The notes below the pieces were generated by a model. The model was not told where the DNA came from. It ran no database searches and saw only the letters and a list, made by a program, of their open reading frames with translations. From the NCBI GenBank assembly GCA_963843375.1, contig CAWJKT010000003.1, positions 96,001-160,000 of the forward strand: a DNA stretch of 64,000 nt, given 5' to 3'. Below, one piece after another: positions 54,003 to 64,000 of the stretch (positions are counted from its first letter, which is position 1; the number at the start of each line of letters is the position of its first letter). This DNA comes from an uncultured Pseudomonadota bacterium (GTDB lineage: Bacteria; Oederibacteriota; Muellerivitia; Muellerivitales; Muellerivitaceae). The translations under genes were made by a program, and so were the position numbers.

Positions 54003-56554
54003 TTGAAAAACGGCGCCACTCTAATTGTCAAAGAAGACATTTCCACCCCGGTCGTGTCACTCAATATTTGGATTGAAGCGGGTTCTATTGATGAACACCC
54101 CGATGAAAGGGGAATGGCCCATTTAATCGAACATATGATTTTTAAAGGCACATCTAACCGAGGTGTTGGCGAAATTTCCCGGCAAGTCGAGGCGGCCGGA
54201 GGTTATTTAAACGCGTTTACGAGTTTTGAACACACTTGTTTTTACGTCGTATTACCCAGCGCCCAAATTGAAAAGGCCCTTGAAATCGAATTTGACGCTT
54301 ATCTTAACTCAACTTTTGATTCGAATGAGCTTGCCAAGGAAAAAGAAGTTGTTTTTGAAGAAATGCGAATGCGCCAGGACGACCCTTGGAGCTGGTCCTG
54401 GGAGATCCTATTTCAGGATTCTTTTCAAGAGAATCCCTACCACTGGCCGGTCATCGGGGACATGAAGATCCTGAAAGAAGTTCCGCGGGAAAGCCTCGTA
54501 AAGTATTACAAAAGACATTATGTCCCTTCCAATACGGTGATCGCGGTTGTCGGAAATGTCAAAGCCACCGAAAATTCTTGACTGGGTGAGAAAAAATTTC
54601 GAACCGAACTATTTTCCAAAAGCGCCGCAAAGGAAATTCCTATCCGATCCCGAGCCCCGAGAGATTCCAACTCCATGTCCAAAGCGGTGAAGTCCAGCAA
54701 ATTTATTTGTCTCTTGGTTTTCCTTCAGTCCCGCTGAATCACCCTGACTCGGCTTCTTTAGAGATATTGGCCGCCCTACTGGGCGACGGCCCAGTAAGCC
54801 GGTTTAACCTTGCCCTGCGGGAAAAAAGTCAATCGGTCGACGATGTTGATGGCAGAAAATTTCTCGGGTAAATATGGGGGGGCGGTGGTTTTTCAGAGCT
54901 TTAACGGACAATGAACGTCTGGAATCCTGCGTTAGGGAAATGATGGCAGTTGCCAAAGGTACTTTTAGCAATGACATCCCCGGTGACGAGCTTCAGAAGG
55001 TTAAAAACAAAGTGAAGGCCTCCAAAATATTTGAAAAACAAAACATGGATGGGCAAGCGAAAAACCTTGGGATTTTGGGAACTCCAGGGTGATTTTGAGC
55101 TCGAGGAGAAGTTTATGAATGAACTCGACCTTGTCCAACCGGAAGACCTGAAAAGGGTGGGTGAAAAATACATTCAACCAAGCAGAGCTTCAATGGTCAT
55201 CTATCATCCGAAAACCCAAAAAGTTAACGAAAAAGCTTTTTATTGGCAATCCATCCTTAAAAAGGGAATGGAATCCATTCAACCCGCAATCCCCTCCCGG
55301 ACCATTTCCGGGAAGGCGATCAAAAAAATCACACTTCGTGACGGGTCCGCGTTGTGGGTAAAGGAAAGAAAAAGTCTCCCGTTGGTTTCTATTGGACTAT
55401 TCGTCAAAGGGGGCTTTTCGGATGAATCCAGAGACCAATATGGGATTACTTCTTTGATGACCAGGTGCCTGCAAAAGGGAACTCTGAGAAAAAGCTATGA
55501 AAATTTCTCCAATGAGATAGAAAGTTATGCAGCCCATTTGGATACTTCCATGGAAAAAGATTACTGGTACATTAATCTGGATGTCCTGAAACAGCATTTT
55601 GAAAAGTCCCTTGATTTAATGCTGGAATCTTTTCGGGAGCCGGCTTTTTCATCGTTGGAGGTTGAAAAAGAGAAGAAGATGCAACTTTCGTCCATTGCCC
55701 GCCTAAAAGATGATCCGGCCGAATACGCACTGCTCCAATCCGATGTATTGACATTTGATCAAAGCCCTTACGCCCACATGCCGCTTGGAACCGCTAAAAC
55801 CATTTCAAAACTTTCAGCCGTTGATATTCGGAAGTGGCACTATCGTTATCTTTCGGCGGGTAACTTTACCTTGGTTGCCGTTGGGGATATCGATCCTTTC
55901 CGCTTAAAAAGTATTTTGAATGAAAAGTTTAAAAATAGTACGCGTAATAAAAATGTCTCTCGGAAAATTAATAACCAATCGACGGCCATCCGGGCCAAGA
56001 CGCTCCAATTGGAAAGCGATAACCAGCAAGCCCATTTAGTTATGGGATTTAGGGCCCCCGCGTTTCATTCAAAAGAGTATTTTTCTTTCCGTGTCTTAAA
56101 TACACTTCTGAATGGAATGGGTGGAAGGTTATTCACCGAATTGCGTGAAAAGAGAAGTTTGGCCTATAGTGTTTTTGCCGCCCATGATGCGGGGATTTCG
56201 GGTGGTATTTATCAGATCTATATCGGCTGTGCCCCGGAAAAAGTGGAAGAAGCCAAAAAGGAAATGTTGAAGGTCATAGATTCCATAATTCATGGATCAT
56301 TCACCAATAGTGAAATTGAAAGAGCGAAAACTTACATGATTGGTTTATACCAGGTAGGGCTCCAAGCCAATAGGTCCCAAGTTCATTCTTATGCTCGTTA
56401 TGAATTGTCGGGTTTGGGCGCCCCTTGGGTTGAAAAACTCCCAGAACTTATCCAAAAAGTAACACTTCGCGATATCCAGAAAGTCGCTCAAAAATATCTT
56501 GAATCTGAAAATAAAACTTGGGTCTATTTGACTCCTCGGACGAAAGGAAACTAG
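54003..56554 (+). CDS. M16 (pitrilysin) family zinc peptidase, two-half fusion; frameshifted around 54570-55060
   Basis: HXXEH motif GMAHLIEHMIFKGT, NAFTS; C-terminal half RLFTELREKRSLAYSV. Confidence 0.88.
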
Positions 56555-56555
56555 C

Positions 56556-56864
56556 ATGTTTGTCTTAACTAACTTTTTAGGGGCCTTTACAGATCTACTT
56601 GATTGGTTTTTGGGCGCGGCAATCATCCTTGTTATTGTTCGAGCGCTATTATCTTGGGTGAATCCGGACCCCTATAACGGTTTAGTCCGAGCTATCCACG
56701 CACTCTCCGAACCTATTCTAAAACCTTTTCGATATTTGTTGCCACCTTGGAAACTAAATGGTTTGGATTTATCGCCCGTTTTTGCCGTCTTGGCCTTAGA
56801 ATTTGTAAGAAGATTCGCAATTGCTACCCTTTGGGATATTATCAGCAGCCTTAAGTCAAATTAA
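56556..56864 (+). CDS. YggT family membrane protein
   Basis: RALLSWVNPDPYN, EPILKPFR, LDLSP. Confidence 0.9.
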   Translation: MFVLTNFLGAFTDLLDWFLGAAIILVIVRALLSWVNPDPYNGLVRAIHALSEPILKPFRYLLPPWKLNGLDLSPVFAVLALEFVRRFAIATLWDIISSLKSN

Positions 56865-56913
56865 GAGCTTTTTAACCCTTCCCAGATGAATTATATTGAC
56901 TCTGTAGTTTCAC

Positions 56914-59307
56914 TTGGTTTTCAAACCACAACACTGCGGGAGTTTTGAGTTGTTTTTTAGTTTATTACGTTTCTTTCAACGCTATTGGCTCTGCATTCTC
57001 TTCTTCATTAGCCAACCTCTTTTTGCCCTTGACCCCCAATCGGAACAGGATGCTTATGGGTTGGGGATGGGGAGCGCAGTGGCTGCCATTGCGGGTGGGA
57101 CGCATGCTATTGAGTGGAATCCCGCCGGGGTCGCGCGGGCAACCCTTCCCATGGCACAAATGGGGTTAGGTTTTGACACCTCCTCAATGGACTTCCAGAT
57201 TAACACTAGCGTTTTATATCCAGTTCAAGACGGAACTGTGTTTGCTTTATCACAATTTTCTGATTTTCCAAAATCCCCGACTTCAACAACAACATATATC
57301 GGAACTATTGCTTTGCCCCTGAATTCTTCCAAGGATTTTTTCGTCGGCTTAAACCTTAAATATTTAACGCTATCAACCCTCAATGGATCCGCCGTTGAAA
57401 ACGGCCAGGGTTTTGGTTTGGATTTTGGATTAACTTATGATCTTCGTCGACCCCAGGGAACCTTGGCTTCTTTTGCTATCGCCATCAAAGATCTTGATAC
57501 CGAAGTCCGATTAAACGATACGTTGGACCAACCTGTCACACGCACATTTATTTTGGGAGCAGCGTATGAAAGCATACCGGACACTCGAATTGAGATGGAT
57601 TACGATATCATTGACCAAACTTTGCAGGACAGCGATTTGCATAACCGGTTGCGATTAGGCGCGGAAAGATTCTTTGACGATAGGGTCTATTCATTTCGCT
57701 TGGGATATGACGACCTGTTTAACACCGATGGATATTTTTCTATGGGGGCCGGTTATCATCCCAATCAACCCTATGAAATCTCGTATTCCTTCAGGGTTTC
57801 AGCCAGCACCAGCCAATTTTCGAATTTTTTATCTTTAGTTTATCGTTTCGATGAAACCAATAAAAACGAAAGCGGTGGTGCGGCTCGCGCTTCCTCATCT
57901 ACATCCGTAATCAACCTTGGAACCACATCAGATTTAACCGAGCCGCCGGCAACTGCGGGTAAACCTGTTTCCTCCGTTCCACTTCAAAAAATGTCAATTC
58001 TGGTAGACCCGGCTGTCTTTTCACCCTCCGGAAAACAAAAAACGACTTCCATTTCTTTTCCCGAAGATAATTCGTCTAATGTAGCCCGTTGGATTGTTAC
58101 GATTGAATCCCCCGACAAAAGAGTTGTCCGACGATTGGGTGGGACCGGCCCTATCGAACCGTCTTTTATTTGGGAGGGTCTGGACGAAGAGGGGAAGCCC
58201 GTGCCGGAAGGGAATTATCGAATCGGGTTAAAAACATTTAACAAGAATAACGACCTTCTTTCGGATGATTTTGCCTTGGTTTCGATTCTTTCACCACGGT
58301 CTCATTTCGAAATCGAATCAAACGAAATGTATTTTTCAAGTCATTCTTTGAAAAACAAAAAAAATGAAGTTATATTTAATGTAAATGCTGGTGGTTCACC
58401 CGAAGTTCAAACCTGGAATTTTGAAATTTCCCAATCCCAGACCAACCAAGTTGTATTTGAAAAGTCTGGGAAATCCAAGTTACCCAAATCCATCAGGTGG
58501 AATGGAAGAAACTTGAGAGGTGAACAGGTCTCCGATGGGCCCTATTCGTGTCTTCTTACTGCGCAAGATAAGGCCGGAAATCCTCTCAAAACGGATGCGG
58601 TTCAAATCTTCGTTCATAATGCACCGCCAGAATTGTCATTGAAGGTCGAGGACAACTTGATGGATTTCTCATCCTTAAAAGAATTCCATTTCGATGTCAA
58701 CGAGGCCGATTCAATAGGGATTGAAAGCTGGAAATTAGTTATTTTTGATGAAGATCATCAACCGCTTAAATTAATAGAAGGAACGGGTGAACCCTCCAAG
58801 GAACTCATTTGGGATGGAAAGGTCAGTAATGGCCACGAAGTTGAATCCGGTTCTTTTCTTGAAGGAGTTTTCTCGGCAACCGATAAGGCCGGAAACACAG
58901 CCGTTTCAAATCCTCTTCCTTTGCAAATTGATTATCATACCCCTTCAAACCAGGAACAATTGACGCTTAATTTAACCACCGTATATTTTGCCCCCTTGAG
59001 CTCGAATTTAACCGAATCGGGAAAAAACGAAATCGAAAAAACGGCAGATTCGATTAAGCCCTATATCCACAAGAGCGTTTTGATCGTTAAGGGTTATAGT
59101 TCTCCCGCGGAATCTGGTGATGCGCTTTCTTTGTCTCATGCCCGGGCCCTTGAAGTGAAGAAATACCTCATTAAAACCCTCAATATACCGGCTAACAATA
59201 TTTATGCCGTTGGTTATTCCGACCGGGAGTCAATGAAATCTTCCGCAAATGTAATAACGGACGACCTCAAACGTAAAGCCGTTCTCACGTTAACTACTTT
59301 GCCTTGA
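56914..59307 (+). CDS. PorV-like barrel + FlgD-Ig-like repeats + OmpA-like C-terminal domain
   Basis: AYGLGMGSAVAAIAGG...WNPAGV; WEGLDEEGKPVPEGNY, WNGRNLRGEQVSDGPY, WDGK; VYFAPLSSNL...LSHARALEVKKYL. Confidence 0.72.
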   Translation: MVFKPQHCGSFELFFSLLRFFQRYWLCILFFISQPLFALDPQSEQDAYGLGMGSAVAAIAGGTHAIEWNPAGVARATLPMAQMGLGFDTSSMDFQINTSVLYPVQDGTVFALSQFSDFPKSPTSTTTYIGTIALPLNSSKDFFVGLNLKYLTLSTLNGSAVENGQGFGLDFGLTYDLRRPQGTLASFAIAIKDLDTEVRLNDTLDQPVTRTFILGAAYESIPDTRIEMDYDIIDQTLQDSDLHNRLRLGAERFFDDRVYSFRLGYDDLFNTDGYFSMGAGYHPNQPYEISYSFRVSASTSQFSNFLSLVYRFDETNKNESGGAARASSSTSVINLGTTSDLTEPPATAGKPVSSVPLQKMSILVDPAVFSPSGKQKTTSISFPEDNSSNVARWIVTIESPDKRVVRRLGGTGPIEPSFIWEGLDEEGKPVPEGNYRIGLKTFNKNNDLLSDDFALVSILSPRSHFEIESNEMYFSSHSLKNKKNEVIFNVNAGGSPEVQTWNFEISQSQTNQVVFEKSGKSKLPKSIRWNGRNLRGEQVSDGPYSCLLTAQDKAGNPLKTDAVQIFVHNAPPELSLKVEDNLMDFSSLKEFHFDVNEADSIGIESWKLVIFDEDHQPLKLIEGTGEPSKELIWDGKVSNGHEVESGSFLEGVFSATDKAGNTAVSNPLPLQIDYHTPSNQEQLTLNLTTVYFAPLSSNLTESGKNEIEKTADSIKPYIHKSVLIVKGYSSPAESGDALSLSHARALEVKKYLIKTLNIPANNIYAVGYSDRESMKSSANVITDDLKRKAVLTLTTLP

Positions 59308-59398
59308 GTCGTTTCCCGGTTTGGTAAAGCGATTCCAAAGCCCCCCCTAAATTTGATAATATGTCACTGAAAATTCTTTTTGGGATATCGTTATTTTC

Positions 59399-60664
59399 AT
59401 GAAAAAACTGTTTTTTTTATTTTTATTCGCGATACTTTTTTTTGCCTTAGCCCAATTTTTACTGCAAAAAAATCACGAAATTTTAGACGATAAAAGCGTA
59501 ATTCACCTCACGATGTGGAATGTTCCGCCGAAATCCTTGCCGCTGGATCGGCAACTTTGGGAAGAGACCGTTAGCCGGTTTGAAAAGGAAAATCCGGATA
59601 TCAAGATTGATGGAGTCGAAAGGGAATATCAACCGGAAGAGTTCATCACGGTCATGGCCGGAGGAAAAGGCCCGGATTTAGTGAAGGTTTGGGCTGGTTC
59701 CATTCAAACTCTCGCCTCGCTTGGTTTTTTGGAGCCAATTGATTCCTACATACAAAATTGGACCCAACAGGATTTTATAAATCCTGTCCTTTGGCAAAGT
59801 ACCCAAGTCGGAAGCCACTTATATGGCATTCCGGCGGACACTTATTTTTTATTTTTACTTTATCGCAAGGATCTCTTTGCAAAAGCCGGTTTGAATCCTG
59901 ATACTCCGCCCGCCACTTGGGAAGATCTTGTGACCGATGCCAGAATTTTAACTCAAAGGGATAAAGGGCAATATGGACTTGGTCTCGTACCCAAAACATG
60001 GTATTTCCAGGATTTTGTTTGGCAAGCGGGGGGTGAAATGGTTCGCATGGTGGATGGAAGGCCCCATGCCGCCTTTTCAGAGGCTCCCGCCGTCCTAGCC
60101 TTGAAGTATTGGAAGGATTTAAGATGGAAATATAATGTTCTTCAACCCGATGTTCTCATTCAAGAACCCGAACTTTTGCATTTATTTGCCCTTGGGAAAG
60201 TTGCGATGATTTTGGGGGTGGCCAACGAATTGCCCGCACTAATCAGCCGATACAAAATCGATCCGCAGACTTTTGGAATCGCCCCATTGCCAGCTGGCCC
60301 CGCGGGCCACGCCGCTCATTTAGGGGGAAATATTTATGTCATCAATGCTTCCACATCGGAGGAAAAGAAAAAAGCGGCTTGGAAATGGATCGAGTTCGAA
60401 CTCTCACCTCTGAACCAATTATGGAAATGGGAAAGGATGCATCAGCTTAATATGGTGATTTTTCCCGGTGCCTTTGGATCCTCAACGGAAGTCACTAATA
60501 TCCCGGAATTTAAACTCGTCAAAGACGCTTTGGACACCGCCAAGTTCGAGCCCCATGTCAATGGATGGCCGCAAGTCCGGGATCTTTTGGATGAAGACCC
60601 TTTGCAAAATATCTTATTAGATCCGGAGGCGGATCCTCAAGAGCTTATTGACGGCTTTTGCTAA
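59399..60664 (+). CDS. Sugar ABC transporter substrate-binding protein; C-terminus probably frameshifted
   Basis: FEKENPDIKI, YGIP, LLYRKDLFAKAG, PPATWEDL, APLPAGP. Confidence 0.88.
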   Translation: MKKLFFLFLFAILFFALAQFLLQKNHEILDDKSVIHLTMWNVPPKSLPLDRQLWEETVSRFEKENPDIKIDGVEREYQPEEFITVMAGGKGPDLVKVWAGSIQTLASLGFLEPIDSYIQNWTQQDFINPVLWQSTQVGSHLYGIPADTYFLFLLYRKDLFAKAGLNPDTPPATWEDLVTDARILTQRDKGQYGLGLVPKTWYFQDFVWQAGGEMVRMVDGRPHAAFSEAPAVLALKYWKDLRWKYNVLQPDVLIQEPELLHLFALGKVAMILGVANELPALISRYKIDPQTFGIAPLPAGPAGHAAHLGGNIYVINASTSEEKKKAAWKWIEFELSPLNQLWKWERMHQLNMVIFPGAFGSSTEVTNIPEFKLVKDALDTAKFEPHVNGWPQVRDLLDEDPLQNILLDPEADPQELIDGFC

Positions 60665-60761
60665 ACGAAGCGGACCGGGATATACTTTTGAAAGCACCCT
60701 CGTCCCCTTAAACCAAGTTTGAGAGAACACCCGATTTAGATTCGACAAGGAGTTTGGTTTA

Positions 60762-62033
60762 ATGCCGGAATACAAACCTTTTTCAATTTACGACGATGAT
60801 GAAGAAAAAGATAAATCCATTGCGATTCCAAAAGAAATGGTGGATGGGGGAAGCGAACTCAACCTTGAAATAGAGGACGCTTTAACCTCTGAGGATGATA
60901 AAACCCGCAATGAATTGAATCGACAATTCGACGGAGCTACTTCGCTCGCCACGGAAAAAGCTTCCAGTTCTGAATCATCGCATTCCCTTGAACAAACACC
61001 TTTCCTTCAGGGTTTATCCTCGGAAAGCGTCGAGGACAGGGCCAAGGCGATAATCCGAAAACGCCAGGATACCGGAAAAATTCGAGACCGCCGGAAAGTT
61101 GCTTCGATCTTTGACCGGCCCATCGAACCGGACAAGGCCATTCGACAAGGCCGCGCGGCTTGGCATCCATTGAGTTACCGGGCGCAAGCTTTTTGGTTTT
61201 TGTTACCCGCGTTGATTTTTTTTGGCCTTTTTTATTTCTATCCAATGATCAAAGGGTTCCAAATCAGTTTGACCCATTACAGCCCCTTGGGACAGAGTGT
61301 GGACGTTGGCTGGGACAATTACAGCAGGGCTTTTGAGGATTCACGTTTTATTCAAACAGTTGTCAACGCGACTTTCTTCACCTTGTTTTCCCTGGCCCTT
61401 GGACTGTGGCCTCCAATATTACTGGCGGTATTTCTGAACGAAATAAAATTTGGGAAGGGGCTTTTCAAAGTGCTTTATCTGCTTCCCTTTGTTATCCCCG
61501 CCATTCCTGCAGCCAATCTTTGGAAATGGATGTTTGACGAGGGGTTTGGAGTTTTTAACTCGATTTTGGCTTGGATAGCGCCTTCCCTCACTCCCGTTGG
61601 ATGGTTGACCGATCCCCGATGGGCTCTTATCTCCATTGTGATCATGTTTGTTTGGAAAAATACGGGATGGTTCATGTTGATTTATTACGCCTCTCTTCAA
61701 AATTTGCCCGAGGAATATTATGAAGCCGCGGAGTTGGATGGGGCCGGTCTTGTAAAAAAGTTTTTCAACATCACCATACCCCATTTAGGTCCCGTCATTG
61801 GAATCTTGTCAATTATCCAGGTCCTCACCGCATTTCAGATATTCACCGAAGTCTACGTTATGACGAACGGAGGCCCAATGCACGCGACTGAAGTGATAGG
61901 AACTTATATTTACAAGACGGCTTTTGGGGCGATGGATCTGGGCTATGCTTCGGCGATGGCAATGCTCATGTTCGCCGCATTACTTGTTTTTACGATGATT
62001 CGATTCCTTCAGATGAGACAATCAACCCGATAA
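60762..62033 (+). CDS. Sugar ABC transporter permease with long charged N-terminal extension
   Basis: FLLPALIF, VGWDNY, EAA loop YYEAAELDGAG. Confidence 0.9.
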   Translation: MPEYKPFSIYDDDEEKDKSIAIPKEMVDGGSELNLEIEDALTSEDDKTRNELNRQFDGATSLATEKASSSESSHSLEQTPFLQGLSSESVEDRAKAIIRKRQDTGKIRDRRKVASIFDRPIEPDKAIRQGRAAWHPLSYRAQAFWFLLPALIFFGLFYFYPMIKGFQISLTHYSPLGQSVDVGWDNYSRAFEDSRFIQTVVNATFFTLFSLALGLWPPILLAVFLNEIKFGKGLFKVLYLLPFVIPAIPAANLWKWMFDEGFGVFNSILAWIAPSLTPVGWLTDPRWALISIVIMFVWKNTGWFMLIYYASLQNLPEEYYEAAELDGAGLVKKFFNITIPHLGPVIGILSIIQVLTAFQIFTEVYVMTNGGPMHATEVIGTYIYKTAFGAMDLGYASAMAMLMFAALLVFTMIRFLQMRQSTR

Positions 62034-62054
62034 CCGAAAGAATAGGTTGGAATA

Positions 62055-62984
62055 ATGGAAAATTTTGAAACCGTGATTCAAGAAAAAGGCAAGGCGAAAC
62101 AAGTCCGGGGCCTGTTTTCCTCCCAAGACAGGAAAAAAAAGTCAATTCAGCTTCTTTTGGTGATCTCCTTTATTTTGCTAACCCTGGGGGCTTTGATCAC
62201 TTTGGCCCCGATTTTGTGGATGATATTGGGTTCTTTTAAAACTCCATCCGAAATTTATTCCGTTCCCCAGTCCTATATTCCCGAGAACTTTAATTTTGAT
62301 AATTTCCGGGAGGCCTTGCGATTGGTCGACTTCAAACAGTATTTCTTGAATAGTTTGTTCATGTGCGTTTGTGTTGTCCTGGGGCAACTTCTTATAAGTT
62401 CAATGGCGGCTTACTCCCTCACCAAACTGCGCATCCGCTTTGCGGGTGGTATATTGCTGCTTTTCATGACTAGTCTCATGGTTCCTTTTGAGGTTTTGGT
62501 CATACCGCTTTATTTGATCATGAAATTTTTCCCTTTTGGCCAGGATTTTCAAAACGTCAACCTGATTAATACTTATTGGGCCCTCATCCTACCGGGTGTA
62601 TTTAACGCCTTTAGCATTATTGTACTTAAGGATTTTTTTGACTCCATCCCGAATGAGATTGTCTACGCCGCCCGAATCGATGGCTGCGGTGAAGTCAGGG
62701 TCTTTTTCCGTTTTATTCTTCCGATGACGAAACCTATCATGTCCATTCTTGGTATTTTTTCTTTTGTCACCACTTGGAACAGTTTTTTTTGGCCCTTGAT
62801 TGTTTTAAACAACCCAAATTATTATCCCCTCGTTTTAGGCGTCCAAAAACTCATTGATACAGGGGAACCCTGGAATGTCGTTATGGCTGCTCTTGTTTTG
62901 AGCACTATTCCTTCGGTCCTTTTACTTTTTCTCTTTCAAAAAACAATCATTCGTGGGATCGCTTATACGGGTGTTTACGGTTGA
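62055..62984 (+). CDS. Carbohydrate ABC transporter permease
   Basis: GSFKTP, AARIDGC (EAA-like loop), WNSFFWPL. Confidence 0.9.
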   Translation: MENFETVIQEKGKAKQVRGLFSSQDRKKKSIQLLLVISFILLTLGALITLAPILWMILGSFKTPSEIYSVPQSYIPENFNFDNFREALRLVDFKQYFLNSLFMCVCVVLGQLLISSMAAYSLTKLRIRFAGGILLLFMTSLMVPFEVLVIPLYLIMKFFPFGQDFQNVNLINTYWALILPGVFNAFSIIVLKDFFDSIPNEIVYAARIDGCGEVRVFFRFILPMTKPIMSILGIFSFVTTWNSFFWPLIVLNNPNYYPLVLGVQKLIDTGEPWNVVMAALVLSTIPSVLLLFLFQKTIIRGIAYTGVYG

Positions 62985-63559
62985 TGACAGCTTTGAAACT
63001 TTCGGAAATACGCAAATGGGTTCGGACGCAAGTGAGCGGTCCGCGTTTAAGGCATATTAAAGGGGTTGTTCAAACCTCGGAGAAGTTGGCGTCTTTTTAT
63101 GGTTTGCCGGTTTCTAAAGTCCGGCTAGCCGCTTGGCTTCATGATTGCGCAAAGGAAAGGTCCAAAGCTGAAATGTTGGGTTGGATTAAAAAGTCCCACG
63201 GCCAATTGGATCGATGGGAAAAGAAAATGCCGGCACTTTGGCATCCGCTTGCGGCCGTAGGCATTGCTCTTCGCAAATGGGGAATTAAAGATCCCGGTAT
63301 TCTAGAGGCTATTCGGTGTCATACATTGGGGAACCCGAAAATGAATCCGCTGGCCCAAGTGATTTTTATTGCTGATTTTATTGAACCTGGCCGGAGTTTT
63401 GATGGTGTTTCCCGGGCCCGAAAGTTGGCTTATGTGAGTTTAAGGAGTGGCGTTCTTACCAAGGCATCAATGACAATCGGATTTTTAATGGAGAATAAAA
63501 TGAAAATCCACCCCCGGCTTCTCGAAACCTGGAATGCATTTTGTGACATAAAGACATGA
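62981..63559 (+). CDS. yqeK: HD-domain Ap4A hydrolase, YqeK family
   Basis: RLRHIKGV, LHDCAKE, WHP, AIRCHTLG, IADFIEPGR. Confidence 0.88.
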   Translation: MMTALKLSEIRKWVRTQVSGPRLRHIKGVVQTSEKLASFYGLPVSKVRLAAWLHDCAKERSKAEMLGWIKKSHGQLDRWEKKMPALWHPLAAVGIALRKWGIKDPGILEAIRCHTLGNPKMNPLAQVIFIADFIEPGRSFDGVSRARKLAYVSLRSGVLTKASMTIGFLMENKMKIHPRLLETWNAFCDIKT

Positions 63560-64000
63560 AAAAATTCAAAACTATCATCCTTCTTGTTTTCGGTTTTACT
63601 CTTTTGGTCTTTTCCTTCACCTCTTTAAAGAGCCATCCAATAATTTTGTTTGTTTTAAAAGTACAGGGGGATACCGTTCAAGCCTATAAAGTGAACGCTT
63701 ATTTAAATGGGGTTGAGCCAACGGTGGAGGCGATTGGCCTTACTAACGAACAGAAAAAAGAAGGCGGGAAAGTGCTCGACGAAAGAAACGAGAGCGATTT
63801 GGAAATGTTTTCCAAAAACTTCGGTTCTTTCTCTGCCGTAATAGGCATGCCTACCACGCAGGAAGACTGGCCTGAATATTTGGGAAACGGCCTGAAGTGG
63901 TTTAAGGATGGCATGGCGCAGGATGTTTTTGACAACTTGCAATGGACTGATCGGCTTTATTTAGCAATGTACTTGAAGTGTCCGCCCCTTAAGGAATTCT
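63556..64000 (+). CDS. Hypothetical N-terminally anchored protein, truncated at window end
   Basis: ATGA overlap with the yqeK stop; MKKFKTIILLVFGFTLLVFSF signal/TM; frame open to the end of the window. Confidence 0.6.
   Translation, partial: MKKFKTIILLVFGFTLLVFSFTSLKSHPIILFVLKVQGDTVQAYKVNAYLNGVEPTVEAIGLTNEQKKEGGKVLDERNESDLEMFSKNFGSFSAVIGMPTTQEDWPEYLGNGLKWFKDGMAQDVFDNLQWTDRLYLAMYLKCPPLKEF

Overview
This is a bacterial chromosome segment, mostly housekeeping genes on the + strand: purM/N/H/D, tsaC-ywlE-rpiB, rpmB, recG-rsmD-coaD, yceD-rpmF-plsX-fabHDG-acpP-fabF-rnc, rplU-rpmA-obgE-proB, nadD-rsfS, purA, rnr-smpB, yqeK and three tRNAs (Gly-CCC, Lys-TTT, Leu-CAG). Gene order is Firmicutes-like, yet several outer-membrane beta-barrel genes are present, so I infer a diderm from a poorly characterised lineage. 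Many genes, including essential obgE, are broken by 1-bp indels that look like long-read assembly errors rather than real pseudogenes. The most interesting signal is a candidate T9SS-like surface-display system. A 1713-aa protein with ~1,230 residues of near-strict Thr-X alternation (8/16/32/64-aa hierarchy) and a FlgD/T9SS-type C-terminal domain sits directly upstream of a PorV-like barrel-FN3-TPR gene. Two more PorV-like paralogues occur in the window, one fused to FlgD-Ig and OmpA-like domains. Also notable: a lid-less Hsp70 with a J-TPR partner where proA usually sits, a stand-alone ComFB gene, a probable attenuator upstream of purA, a structured yceD leader and an uncalled 53-aa Thr/Pro-tailed protein. 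All family calls come from motif recognition by eye, not from database searches.
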